A stretch of 64,000 nucleotides of DNA from Akkermansiaceae bacterium (GTDB lineage Bacteria > Verrucomicrobiota > Verrucomicrobiia > Verrucomicrobiales > Akkermansiaceae): assembly GCA_023261045.1 (NCBI GenBank), contig JALRJZ010000001.1, forward strand, positions 7,088-71,087. Reading direction: 5' to 3'. The position numbers were made by a program, and so were the translations under genes. Shown piece by piece: positions 47,957-57,709 of the stretch (position 1 is the first letter of the stretch; each line of letters starts with the position of its first letter). The notes under the pieces were generated by a model that saw only the letters and a program-made list of their open reading frames with translations, was not told the DNA's origin and searched no databases.

Positions 47957-49849
47957 ATGACCTTGCTTTCTGCAAATGAAATCCGGCTCGCCTATGGGCA
48001 TCAGGTGTTGCTTGATGGGGTAACTCTTGCCGTCGCCGCAGGTGAAAAAGTCGGATTGGTCGGGAGAAATGGATGTGGTAAGACCTCCCTACTGAAGATT
48101 TTGGCAGGCGAAAACCAAGCTGACGCCGGAGACCTTTCAGCGAGACGTGAACTTAGGGTAGGGTATCTCCCCCAAGAATTTGAGTTAGACCCCGCTCTTT
48201 CGGTCTATGACAATATCGCTGCGGGCACGGCTGATGTGGTGGATGCAATTTGCCGATACGAAAATGGCGAAGGGACGCAAGGAGAGTTGGAGCAATGTTT
48301 GGCTCTTATTGAACATGCCGATGGTTGGAACTTAGAAACTCGGATTCGTTCCCTTTCTAATGCTTTAGGGACGCCGCCCCTTGAGGCAGAGACTGGCCCG
48401 CTATCGGGTGGAGAAAAACGCCGGGTTGCCCTCTGTCGGGCTCTTGCATCACAACCTGATTTACTTCTCCTCGATGAACCAACAAACCATCTTGATGCCG
48501 ACTCGATCCGTTGGCTTGAGGACTTTCTAAAAACATATTCAGGTGCGGTGATTTTTGTGACGCATGATCGATATTTTTTAGATGTGATTGCGACTCGTAT
48601 TATCGAGATTTCAGAGGGGAAATCCTACTCGCATCCTGGCAATTATACCGCCTTTCTTGAGTCCAAAGCCATCCGGCAGGAGATTGCCGAGAACGCTGAA
48701 CGCAAGAGACAAAAGTTTCTCAAAGAAGAATTAGAATGGGTGAGGGCTGGCGTGAAAGCTCGGACCACAAAATCACGGTCACGCTTGGATGCATTTCATG
48801 AGATTGCAGAGCAAGACGCTCCGGTTAAAGAAGGAGAAATTGAGTTATTGATCCCTCCACCACCTCGACTAGGTAATACCATTGTTGAATTTGATCAGGT
48901 GGGAATCAATGTGGGGAGTGCAACCCTCCCGCGTTGGCTTTTCCGAAAGTTAAATCTTTCTCTCGAAGAAGGACAATGCACAGGGATCGTCGGTAAAAAT
49001 GGCGTTGGCAAAACCACCTTGCTCAAGATTGCGCTGAGTCAATTAGAGCCCTCAGAAGGCTCCGCGCTTCTCGGCAAGCAGGTGAAGATCAATTATATCG
49101 ACCAAAGCAGAATGCAGTTAGAAGGCAAGGGTTCGCTGCTCGATGAGATTTCTGATGGTAACGAAAAGATATTTTTCGGTGAACAAACGCTAGGAGCCAG
49201 AGCCTATTTGCGTCGTTTTCTTTTTTCCGATGAGAGGATTAATGAACGAGTTGATCTCTTGTCCGGTGGAGAGAGAGCTCGTCTGATGTTGGCGAAAGTT
49301 CTTAAAAATGGGGGGAATCTTATCGTTCTTGATGAACCAACTAATGATCTTGATCTTCAGTCGTTGAGGATGCTTGAGGAAGCTCTGGCGAGTTTTCCTG
49401 GAACTATTCTCGTGGTCTCTCATGACAGATTCTTTCTCGACCGAATTTGTGATCAGATTATTGCCTTTGAAGATGATGGAGTTCGCGTGACCCCGGGGAA
49501 CTATTCCTACTATCTCGAAAAAAGGCAGGCCCGAGAGAATGCGGCAAGAGCCCAAGCGGCAGCGAAATCTCGCGAGATTGCCGCTCGTAAAAAAGCCACT
49601 GAGCAAAAGAATAAGCCTCGGAAGTTGACGATGGCTGAGCGTCAGGAGTTGGAAGGTATCGAGGGAAAAATCCAAGAAGTTGAAGTGGAGGTCGAAGCCC
49701 TGGAGGTCAGGCTCGTTGAGGTCCAGAGTGATTTTGAGCAACTTCCTAAGGTGATCGCTGAACTTGAGGAGGCCCGCGCACAAAGGGATCAACGATACGC
49801 TCGTTGGGAGGAACTTGAGATGATTCAAGCCAAGAGCGAAAACCAATAG
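47957..49849 (+). CDS. ABC-F family ATPase (Uup-like) with a C-terminal coiled coil
   Basis: Two ABC cassettes: GRNGCGKTSLLK / LSGGEKRRVALCRAL / LLLLDEPTNHLD, and GKNGVGKTTLLK / LSGGERARLMLA / LIVLDEPTNDLD. No TM domain. K/E/R-rich coiled-coil tail. Confidence 0.93.
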   Translation: MTLLSANEIRLAYGHQVLLDGVTLAVAAGEKVGLVGRNGCGKTSLLKILAGENQADAGDLSARRELRVGYLPQEFELDPALSVYDNIAAGTADVVDAICRYENGEGTQGELEQCLALIEHADGWNLETRIRSLSNALGTPPLEAETGPLSGGEKRRVALCRALASQPDLLLLDEPTNHLDADSIRWLEDFLKTYSGAVIFVTHDRYFLDVIATRIIEISEGKSYSHPGNYTAFLESKAIRQEIAENAERKRQKFLKEELEWVRAGVKARTTKSRSRLDAFHEIAEQDAPVKEGEIELLIPPPPRLGNTIVEFDQVGINVGSATLPRWLFRKLNLSLEEGQCTGIVGKNGVGKTTLLKIALSQLEPSEGSALLGKQVKINYIDQSRMQLEGKGSLLDEISDGNEKIFFGEQTLGARAYLRRFLFSDERINERVDLLSGGERARLMLAKVLKNGGNLIVLDEPTNDLDLQSLRMLEEALASFPGTILVVSHDRFFLDRICDQIIAFEDDGVRVTPGNYSYYLEKRQARENAARAQAAAKSREIAARKKATEQKNKPRKLTMAERQELEGIEGKIQEVEVEVEALEVRLVEVQSDFEQLPKVIAELEEARAQRDQRYARWEELEMIQAKSENQ

Positions 49850-49929
49850 ACACGACGCTCTTGGCGGATGTTAGGTTCGGATCAATGGGGCTTGCGAGAT
49901 GGGTAAGAGCGAGTTAGATCACTTCTGTC

Positions 49930-51159
49930 ATGGCTCGTATTAACGATAATTTTCAAAAGCTGAAAGCTGGTTACCTATTTCCTGAGATTGCCCGTCGGGT
50001 CAATGCTTACACTGAGTCAGAGCCAGAAAAGGCAAAACGGTTAATTCGTTGCGGTATTGGAGATGTGACTGAGCCTGTCCCGAAAGCGGCCCGGGAAGCG
50101 ATGAAAAAGGCGGTTGATGAGTTGGGTGATCGAGGTACTTTTCGCGGTTATGGACCAGAGCAGGGCTATCCTTTTCTTCGTGAAGCAATCGCACAAAACG
50201 CCTATGCTGGATTAGGGATCGAGGCAGGTGATATTTACGTTTCAGATGGCTCGAAATGTGATTCGGGCAATATTCTCGATATCTTTGGGCCTGGAAATAA
50301 AATCGCGGTCACTGATCCGGTTTATCCTGTCTATGTTGATACCAATGTCATGGCTGGAAATACCGGTGAAGCGAATGATCTCGGGGAATATGACGGTTTA
50401 GTCTATCTGAAGTGCACTGCTGAAAATGGTTTTGTGCCCGCCATTCCCAAAGAGAAAGTGGATTTAATCTACCTTTGTTACCCGAACAATCCAACGGGGA
50501 CAACGGCCACTCGCGAGCAGCTTGAGGCTTGGGTTGCCTATGCTCTCGAAAATGATGCGATTATTCTCTACGATGCGGCCTACGAAGCATTCGTTCAGGA
50601 TTCTTCCGTGCCTCGTTCAATTTATGAAATCGAGGGCGCTAAGCAGTGTGCTCTTGAATTTCGATCGTTTTCTAAAAATGGCGGTTTTACCGGCGTTCGC
50701 TGTGCCTATACCGTGATTCCAGAATCGGTGACTGGATCAACAGCTTCTGGCCAGAGAGTGCCTCTGAAGCAACTCTGGGGGCGTCGCCATTCGACGAAGT
50801 TTAATGGGGCATCCTATCCTGTTCAGCGTGGAGCGGAAGCGATCTACTCAGAGGAGGGTCGAGCCGAAGTGGCACAACTCGTTGAGCATTATATGACGAA
50901 TGCGAAACTTCTCCGTGAAGCTTGTGAAGCTCTCGGTCTCAACGTTTGGGGAGGTGAAAACGCACCCTATGTTTGGGTCGCTTGTCCAGAGGGGATTGAT
51001 AGTTGGGCAATGTTCCAAAAAATGCTCGAAGAAGCCCAGGTTGTCATTACTCCGGGAGCTGGATTTGGGGCCGCAGGGGAAGGTTATTTTCGAATCTCAG
51101 CCTTTAACTCACGTGAAAATGTCGAGGAGGTTTGCCGGCGCTTGAAGGCTCTAGTGTAG
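49930..51159 (+). CDS. dapL: LL-diaminopimelate aminotransferase
   Basis: N-terminal [24 protein letters not shown] is typical of DapL. Also [18 protein letters not shown], and the PLP-lysine region [15 protein letters not shown]. Confidence 0.9.
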   Translation: MARINDNFQKLKAGYLFPEIARRVNAYTESEPEKAKRLIRCGIGDVTEPVPKAAREAMKKAVDELGDRGTFRGYGPEQGYPFLREAIAQNAYAGLGIEAGDIYVSDGSKCDSGNILDIFGPGNKIAVTDPVYPVYVDTNVMAGNTGEANDLGEYDGLVYLKCTAENGFVPAIPKEKVDLIYLCYPNNPTGTTATREQLEAWVAYALENDAIILYDAAYEAFVQDSSVPRSIYEIEGAKQCALEFRSFSKNGGFTGVRCAYTVIPESVTGSTASGQRVPLKQLWGRRHSTKFNGASYPVQRGAEAIYSEEGRAEVAQLVEHYMTNAKLLREACEALGLNVWGGENAPYVWVACPEGIDSWAMFQKMLEEAQVVITPGAGFGAAGEGYFRISAFNSRENVEEVCRRLKALV

Positions 51160-51212
51160 CCTTTGACCGGAAGCGGCACTCTGCCTGCGTTGAGATTTCT
51201 ACGCGGCTCCAA

Positions 51213-52916
51213 TTAGACGATTCTCAAGCGGAAGTGAGCCTCCTCTTCAGCGGTGGCCTCGTGGTATTGAAGCTGCGATCCAACGATCGTGAGCTGGCCA
51301 TCGAAAGGGGCCCAGTTTTCGAGGTCGGTGGAGCGTTCGAACTGCCAGCCTCCGAGGTTGGAAGGCCAGCTGACAACCACTTCACCATTGATCTTTTTGA
51401 TCTCAAGTTCGGGAGTCTCGGTTACGCTTACCGTGAAATTCGACATCATGTTATGTTCATGCTCGAGATTATGGCAGTGCATGAGGTATTCGCCTCCCCG
51501 GTTTCCAAAGGCGATCGCTACTCGGACTGTTTCATTGGGGTAAACAAGGACGGTGTCACGCAGTCCATGGTCAACAGGCTTGATATTGCTTGATCCATTC
51601 CTGGTGAGGACACGGAAAAAGGCGCCGTGGCAGTGCATTGGGTGATGCATTCCGTTCTGATTTTGAAATTGCCAAATCTCCACTTCGCCAGCGGGTGCGG
51701 TGAAGTCATTGCGGCTCAGGCTGTAGGTGAGTCCATTGATGGTATGATTTCCATTGGTGACATTCATCGCAAAGCTGCGTGTTCTGCGGCTTAATTCAGG
51801 TTTTGGGAGGGGAGGGGTTGGTAGTTCTTGTGGATCGGTTTGATCTCCCCCCGTCGTTCCCACGTAAAACTCCATGATGTCCAAAGCATCTCCTTGTCGA
51901 GGTCCCGCAGGTCCACCGCCCCCGCCTCCCATTCCGCCCCCACCGCCTCCGGGCCTCCCTTCCGTAAAGGCGAGGCTCTTGAGGAAGGTAGACTGGCGAT
52001 AGCCAAGATTTGCGAAAGAGACGAGGATTTCAGCGCGCTGTCCTGGGCCGAGGTCAAAGGAAGTGACCGATGTCTTTTCTCCGGTTAAACCACCATCGCT
52101 TCCAATGATCGTCATTGGGCGATTATCTGAGAAGGCTAGCCGGTAAACTCGAGCATTGCTTCCATTGAGAAGGCGAAATCTCCAAAGGCCTTGGTCAACG
52201 GACATCCAAGCATCTGGGGTTCCATTCACAAGAACGGTGTCTCCGAGATAGCCCCACATATGTTCAAAGTTCGATGGAGCGTAGCTTAGGCTGCGAGTTG
52301 TGTTTGATTTCCAGTCCCGAATCATGAGGGGGACATCACGAGTGCCGGTTGGCAGACCGAGAGCCGCATCTCGTTCGGGATTGTCGATGATAAAAAAGCC
52401 AGCAAGACCTTTGTAAACATGTTCGCCTGTCAGACCGTGGGAATGACTGTGATACCAGCAAGTGGAGGGCTCTTGGTGAACCGGAAAGGAAACTTGATAG
52501 GATTGCCCAGGAGAGACGACTTGTCTGGGATGTCCGTCATAAGCGGATGGAGCTAACAGACCATGCCAGTGGAGAACGACAGCCTGAGAATTTAAGCGGT
52601 TGATGATCTGAGCGGAAAAGAGATCTCCCTGATTAAGGCGAATGATGGGTGCGGGGAACGATCCATTGACGGTGAGACAAGCGGTGGTGTATCCCGGTCA
52701 GATTTGTCGATTCGTCTCATCAACAACGAGAGGCTCGCCATCCCAAGTTGCCGGCACTGGGAGCTCGTTGCCAGAGGGGACTGCAAAAGCCGGGCGAGAA
52801 CCTGCGAATAAGAAGCCCGTCGAAAGCAGCCCCTTTTTCAGGACTTTTCGGCGGTTGGGCTCTCCGTTGAAAGATGGTTCGTGGTGCTGAAGATTCAGGT
52901 TTTCTTGAGAGGTCAT
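51213..52916 (-). pseudogene. Tat-dependent three-domain multicopper oxidase (CueO-like) interrupted by one in-frame TGA (52698-52700); possible pseudogene, sequencing error or recoding
   Basis: A single frame runs from ATG 52916 to TAA 51213. Tat signal NRRKVLKKGLLSTGFLFAGSRPAFA, then TGA, then 124 stop-free codons with no start codon that encode HWHG and WYHSHSHG, then the listed ORF with HPMHCHG and HCHNLEHEHNMM. An extra C-terminal roughly 65-aa module is present. Confidence 0.7.
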
Positions 52917-53115
52917 GACAGTCTGGAAGGATCAAAGAAGGCCGGGGGCTTCTTTGTATGAGACTGAAAATGAGAAAATGATGAGTAATTCTTTTTTCTC
53001 ACGCACACCAACACCTCTCTGGAGAGAAGCTTCAACGAAGCGAAGAACTCCATTCTCCCCATCCTAAATGACAAGAATCTCCTCGTCGAAGAGAGTTGCC
53101 CTTTGCCCTCTTCGA

Positions 53116-53322
53116 TTACTCTGCCTCGGCAGTCGCCCGGATGTCGTTGAGCGCGGCGATGAAGTCTCCAAGAATTTCAGCCGGAACCATGATCGTGTCA
53201 CGATTTCCACTCACATCCTCGGTGATTTTAACAACCCGCCCACGCTTGTTTTCCTTGAGATCGAGAAAGAAAATTTTCCGATCGGCGAGGATTTTTTCAG
53301 TATGTAAAACTTCTTGTTCCAT
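53116..53322 (-). CDS. single-repeat PUR-family (Pur-alpha-like, DUF3276-type) nucleic-acid-binding protein, 68 aa
   Basis: ATG 53322 (MEQEVLHTEKILADRKIFFLDLKENKRGRVVKITEDVSGNRDTIMVPAEILGDFIAALNDI) matches the PUR repeat pattern (kRFYLDlKeN.RGrFLkI.E...R..i.l....a.eF.d.L). The listed longer ORF would overlap dus and is not PUR-like. Confidence 0.75.
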   Translation of the reverse strand: MEQEVLHTEKILADRKIFFLDLKENKRGRVVKITEDVSGNRDTIMVPAEILGDFIAALNDIRATAEAE

Positions 53323-53377
53323 CGTTTTCGATTGTAAGGTCTGGTCTGGGGGCGGTGAAGTCAATGGGAATCTTGGA

Positions 53378-54397
53378 TTAGAGAAACTGAGAGAAACCAC
53401 AGAATAGGCGCGAGTTTTCGCAGGGGAGATCTGGTGCGGGTCCTGAGTAATCCAAAAAACTCCGACAAATTCTGAAGAATTCTTTAGGCTGCTGTGCACG
53501 TCTGATTTCGTATTCAAATTCCTTTGGGTGACCTTGAACGATATAATTCAGATACTTTTTCATTTTCTGGACGTGTTTGAGTTCATTGAATTTTGGAACT
53601 TCACGTGCAGTTTGATCATAGAGAATTTGAATGTATTCTAGGATCATCTTTCCCGTAACAACCGTGATGGGCTTCTTGCTAAGAGCAGCTCTGAGTTGTG
53701 AGAAAATCCACGGATGGCGAATTGCTCCTCTCCCGATCATTAACCCTGCAGCTTGAGTTTGCTCAAGGTAAGTGAGTCCAGAGGTGACATTGACGACGTT
53801 TCCATTGGCAATGACTGGGCAGGGTAGGAAGTGGACAGCTTCTCGAATCGTTTCGGGGTGAACAGGAGTTTGATAGCGTTCCTTGACCGTTCGTCCATGC
53901 ACGGTCAGGAGATCAATGGCGTGGTTTTTAAAGATCTCGAGGAGTCTGGCGAATTCGTCCGGATGAGAAAATCCAATCCGAGTTTTAATGGTCAAGGGGA
54001 GCTCACCACATGTTTCACGGAGCGTTCCGATGAGACGGTTGATTTGATCGGGATCTCGGAGAAGTCCTCCTCCTGCCTGTTTTCGATAGACGACTGGTGC
54101 TGGGCAACCAAGATTGAGATCAATTCCTGCGATCGGATAGTTTTTTAAATCTCGGACGGTTCGGGAGAGTTCATTGGGATCTTTTCCAATCAGTTGAGCA
54201 ATGATCGGACGACCCGTTGGGTTTTCTGTGATTGATCGCAGGATGTATGGGTCGAGCTTTGAGTGGATGTGAACACGGAAGTATTCAGTGACGTAAAGAT
54301 CGGCTCCTCCCATCGCCTTGATGACACGCAGAAAAGGCAGGTCTGTGATGTCCTGCATCGGTGCAAGCAATAGAGCTGCTCGGTTCTCTGGAAGCAT
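53378..54397 (-). CDS. tRNA-dihydrouridine synthase
   Basis: LLAPMQDITDLPFLRV, GIDLNLGCPAPVV (catalytic Cys), TIKTRIG, LTVHGRT, NGNV. ATG 54397 is preferred over the listed TTG 54424. Confidence 0.9.
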   Translation of the reverse strand: MLPENRAALLLAPMQDITDLPFLRVIKAMGGADLYVTEYFRVHIHSKLDPYILRSITENPTGRPIIAQLIGKDPNELSRTVRDLKNYPIAGIDLNLGCPAPVVYRKQAGGGLLRDPDQINRLIGTLRETCGELPLTIKTRIGFSHPDEFARLLEIFKNHAIDLLTVHGRTVKERYQTPVHPETIREAVHFLPCPVIANGNVVNVTSGLTYLEQTQAAGLMIGRGAIRHPWIFSQLRAALSKKPITVVTGKMILEYIQILYDQTAREVPKFNELKHVQKMKKYLNYIVQGHPKEFEYEIRRAQQPKEFFRICRSFLDYSGPAPDLPCENSRLFCGFSQFL

Positions 54398-54453
54398 CAT
54401 TTGATCAGCAAGTTCATCTCCCAATTCGAAGAGAGAAAGGTAAGAGGAGTGAT

Positions 54454-55593
54454 TTATGTTGAGATGGCTTTAGGTGCCGGGATGCTTGGGTTGAAGTTTA
54501 ATCCTCGTTTTTTATAAGTGTGTTGATGAATGTTGATGACGAAGGTTTTCTTTTGAGGTGACAGATATTGCCAAGAATCGGGTGGCATGTCAGAAATCAT
54601 GATAATGGCGTGCATTTCCGGAATGGATTCAATTGCTGTGATCACATCGTGAGCTTCGGTGCTCTCGGATCGCTTTGCACGAGCTAAAAGAGTGAGTGTT
54701 TCTGCCCATGCATCCGCATGAGAGGTTTGTTTCGGTTTCCAGTCCAGAAAGTCAGCCTTCAAGGTCGTTGGAATGCCATTTTCTCTGAGGTGACGAAGAG
54801 TTCCGCAGGCCAGAGAGAGTGCACGCTCGAAAAGATCAGTTCGAATGAGAGTATGGTCGCTTCCAAAGCTGTGAAAGAGAACAGTTGCTTCTGCTGGTCG
54901 CATCCCAGGAGGATCGTATTCACGGATTCTGGGGCTGCGTCCTCGAGCCAGAGAACGGATTGTTGATGGCCAATGCAGATGCTTTGCTTGATCACCTGGC
55001 CGATAGGGGCGCAGTCCGCGAGGTTCACCTGGGGCATTGCCGGCTCGATAACCTTCTCCGCTCCAAGTGTCATCCAAGACCCCTGATTCAAAAAACTCTC
55101 TTGGAACGATGGATTTTGGGAAAACGAGAATCTCGTGCCGAAGGGTTGATCTCACCTGGTGTTGGTAAAGGTGCAGCGGGAATGTTGATCTTAGGAGAGT
55201 GAAGTGATCTGAAATCGCTCCCCTTTTTGGAATCGAGCCGCGAAGTTGAGCACTCGATGAGGATCCGACCGCGGTCCATGGCGCGTGACAATGAATCTTG
55301 GCAATGCTGGAGAGAGAGAGCTCGATCTCGATGCCATAGGCATCGAGGAATCGACGCTCGTTGGTCTGGATGATTTGAAGATCAAAGGGAGTATCAGCAA
55401 AAACTTGAGAGGGAGCTTTGAGTTGTAGGTGAAGTCTAGCGAGATTCCATCGGCCAATGACCAGCGTAAGAATGAGTATGAGGAGCCCTGTGACTCCAAG
55501 GGTGATGAAGGCTCCATCAATTTTTAAGAGGCCGGCGACGAAGAGAGCGAGTGATCCTCCCCAAAAAGTCGCTCCTCTCGGGGTCAAGACCAT
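54454..55593 (-). CDS. DUF58 domain protein (MoxR-associated family); start uncertain
   Basis: DUF58 signature GEPRGLRPYRPGDQAKHLHWPSTIRSLARGRSPRIREYD, with two N-terminal TM helices. ATG 55593 (MVLTPRGATFW...) fits the usual family N-terminus. Upstream ATGs up to 55698 would overlap the preceding gene by up to 182 nt. Confidence 0.8.
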   Translation of the reverse strand: MVLTPRGATFWGGSLALFVAGLLKIDGAFITLGVTGLLILILTLVIGRWNLARLHLQLKAPSQVFADTPFDLQIIQTNERRFLDAYGIEIELSLSSIAKIHCHAPWTAVGSSSSAQLRGSIPKRGAISDHFTLLRSTFPLHLYQHQVRSTLRHEILVFPKSIVPREFFESGVLDDTWSGEGYRAGNAPGEPRGLRPYRPGDQAKHLHWPSTIRSLARGRSPRIREYDPPGMRPAEATVLFHSFGSDHTLIRTDLFERALSLACGTLRHLRENGIPTTLKADFLDWKPKQTSHADAWAETLTLLARAKRSESTEAHDVITAIESIPEMHAIIMISDMPPDSWQYLSPQKKTFVINIHQHTYKKRGLNFNPSIPAPKAIST

Positions 55594-57595
55594 GACAACA
55601 CAAGAAGTACCGGAGAGCCTGAATCGTGACGTTTCCAGTCGATAGAGCATGCCTTTTATTGCCTGAAACATCAGGATGCCATGGTCCAATTTGCTCATCG
55701 AATGGGAGGTGAAGTATTGCGCTATCCGCGGGTTCTTCTCCCGGAGGGAGGGCCTGGTTGCTCAGACGAATCTCATCGATGAGTCCGTGGAAATGAGAAG
55801 TCGCGGTTCCAGATTGAGTCACGTCTCCTCCGACAATGAGAGGGAGTTGAGTGTCTTTGAATCTTCCTTTGCCAAGGGCAGAGGCGATCAGTTTCCCGTC
55901 GAGGTAGAGTCGAGCCTCGTTGCCATCATAGCTTCCTCTGAGCACATGCCATTTGTTTTTTTGAAGGAGTGGTGAAGGTGCCGTTGCTTGGAGGTATTTT
56001 CCTCCTACATGGATGATGAATTCAGGCCGCCCATCGGAAATAAATAGCCCGAATCCGGAGTTCTCAGTCTTTGTGGCAAGGCCTCGGCGGCCGGTAAAGG
56101 CCTCCGCTTTAAAGCGGCACTCTAAGGTCACTTCTTTTTGGATTTTCGCATGTTCATGGGCCACTGAAACCGCTTGATCTTTTCCATTAAAGGAGGCTGC
56201 TGCGTTCGGAAGGGTTTTGTCATGGTGGAAATGTAAGTCGAGTGGCAGGGAAACTGATTTTTTAGGAATCTTGTATGAGAAACCTTTGGCAAGATATTCC
56301 CAGTCGACGGCAAAGGAAGGAGTCGTGTGACTCGTCTTAATGAGTGAGGCTTCCCATGTGAGGTGGAAGCTGTAACTCTGAGTTTCTCCTGGTTGGAGTG
56401 TGGCGTGATGATGGTCAGGGTTGCAGTGCCAGCGTGGGTCACTAGAGGCATTAGAAATCACGGCGTGAGCAGGGCGATCGCTAGGGTTGTTGATGGTGAG
56501 GGTCACCTCTTGATGTCCGGCCTCTTCTTTCTCTATTTTTAGACTCGGAGAAACGTGAATCGGGGCGTTTTGGAGTTGGGTGATTTGTGTCACCATCTCC
56601 CCGGTAATCTCTCTCACGTCCATGACTTCCCCGACAGGTAATGCCGCAAGAGAAATACGACCCTTTCGGACCGTAACGACATCAAAGTGATGAAGGTATC
56701 CTGCTTCAGGAATCGTTCCGGGCTGATGACCTCCCGTGGTTGCGAGAGTCACGTATTCGATCCCGTCTTTTGGGTCATAGCGCATTTTGTGGATGTGCCC
56801 TGCAAAGACAGCAGAGACATTACCCGCCTTTTTGAGGCGTTGATGGACTTTGTTCCAATCATCTCCATAGTTCCCACCTAGCCAGCGAGGGTGGTGAAGA
56901 AATAAGAAAATGTGATCAGCGTCTTTTGCTTTAGTAAGGGTCGAATCAAGCCATTGGAATTGTGCGGGACTCATTTTTTGAGCTTCCGGTTTGCTAAAAG
57001 TTTTTTCGCCTGAGTTCGGATTGCCTTCGTCAGAGTAGAGGACAATGAACCAAGAGTTTTTGTGCTCAAAGGCATACCAGAGTGGGCCAAAATGCATTTC
57101 GTAAGCAGATTCCATTTCGCCTACCGGCTTTTTAGATTGGTCAGCCCCTCTCCAATAAATGTCGTGGTTTCCGGCTACTGGAAACCATGGGCAGTTGAGT
57201 TGCCCCATGATGTCTTTGAACTCGTGCATTTGCTCCATCCAGACATCCTGAGTGCTATAGCCGTTAATCAGGTCACCGACAGTCATGACGAGATCAGGTT
57301 CAAGGAGGTTGGTGTCTCGCACGGCATCGGCTAGAACTGAAACGCCTTCTGGAGGCCCTCCGGTGCGATCGCCATAGACAACGAAGGTGAAGGCATCTTG
57401 TTGTTCTGGTAAGGGGAGTTCAACAGAACTAGTGCGGGAGGTGTCGAAGCGTTCGGGTGTTGCCTTGGTCGTTGGAAGCTTGTCTCCATAGTGATGGTGA
57501 TGATGAAGATGCCCGATGTTGGGATTGATTTTCGGAGGATCAGCCTGAAGCCGTAAAAGCCCAACGGTCGCGATGAAAAGTAAGCTCGCCTTCAT
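55517..57595 (-). CDS. secreted calcineurin-like metallophosphoesterase fused to a LamG domain
   Basis: Signal MKASLLFIATVGLLRLQA. His run GHLHHHHHYGD. Phosphoesterase motifs VVYGDRTGG, VGDLINGY, VAGNHD, LFLHHP, AGHIHK. LamG block CRFKAEAF...WHVLRGSYDGNEARLYLDGKLI...LIDEIRLS. The last 67 aa look like the beginning of a second LamG domain that runs into the DUF58 gene. Confidence 0.85.
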   Translation of the reverse strand: MKASLLFIATVGLLRLQADPPKINPNIGHLHHHHHYGDKLPTTKATPERFDTSRTSSVELPLPEQQDAFTFVVYGDRTGGPPEGVSVLADAVRDTNLLEPDLVMTVGDLINGYSTQDVWMEQMHEFKDIMGQLNCPWFPVAGNHDIYWRGADQSKKPVGEMESAYEMHFGPLWYAFEHKNSWFIVLYSDEGNPNSGEKTFSKPEAQKMSPAQFQWLDSTLTKAKDADHIFLFLHHPRWLGGNYGDDWNKVHQRLKKAGNVSAVFAGHIHKMRYDPKDGIEYVTLATTGGHQPGTIPEAGYLHHFDVVTVRKGRISLAALPVGEVMDVREITGEMVTQITQLQNAPIHVSPSLKIEKEEAGHQEVTLTINNPSDRPAHAVISNASSDPRWHCNPDHHHATLQPGETQSYSFHLTWEASLIKTSHTTPSFAVDWEYLAKGFSYKIPKKSVSLPLDLHFHHDKTLPNAAASFNGKDQAVSVAHEHAKIQKEVTLECRFKAEAFTGRRGLATKTENSGFGLFISDGRPEFIIHVGGKYLQATAPSPLLQKNKWHVLRGSYDGNEARLYLDGKLIASALGKGRFKDTQLPLIVGGDVTQSGTATSHFHGLIDEIRLSNQALPPGEEPADSAILHLPFDEQIGPWHPDVSGNKRHALSTGNVTIQALRYFLCCHGLDPERSDFLGRITRSLRRRPLKN

Positions 57596-57709
57596 AAGTG
57601 AGTATCTTGCGCAGGTTTTTTAAGATGTGGGAGTCCAAAAAAAACCGGTCATTGCTCCGTGCAATGACCGGGATGCGTTTTAAAAAGCGTTTGCTTTTGA
57701 GAAGGCCTT

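Noticed and set aside
52640-52700. Selenocysteine insertion (SECIS) explanation for the in-frame TGA in the oxidase
   Set aside because: No stable stem-loop is apparent immediately 3' of the TGA on the minus strand, and multicopper oxidases are not known selenoproteins. It is kept only as a low-probability alternative in the finding.
53323-53517. N-terminal extension of the PUR-like ORF (133-aa version)
   Set aside because: The extension overlaps the 3' end of dus in another frame and is not PUR-like. The internal ATG 53322 yields a complete single PUR repeat.
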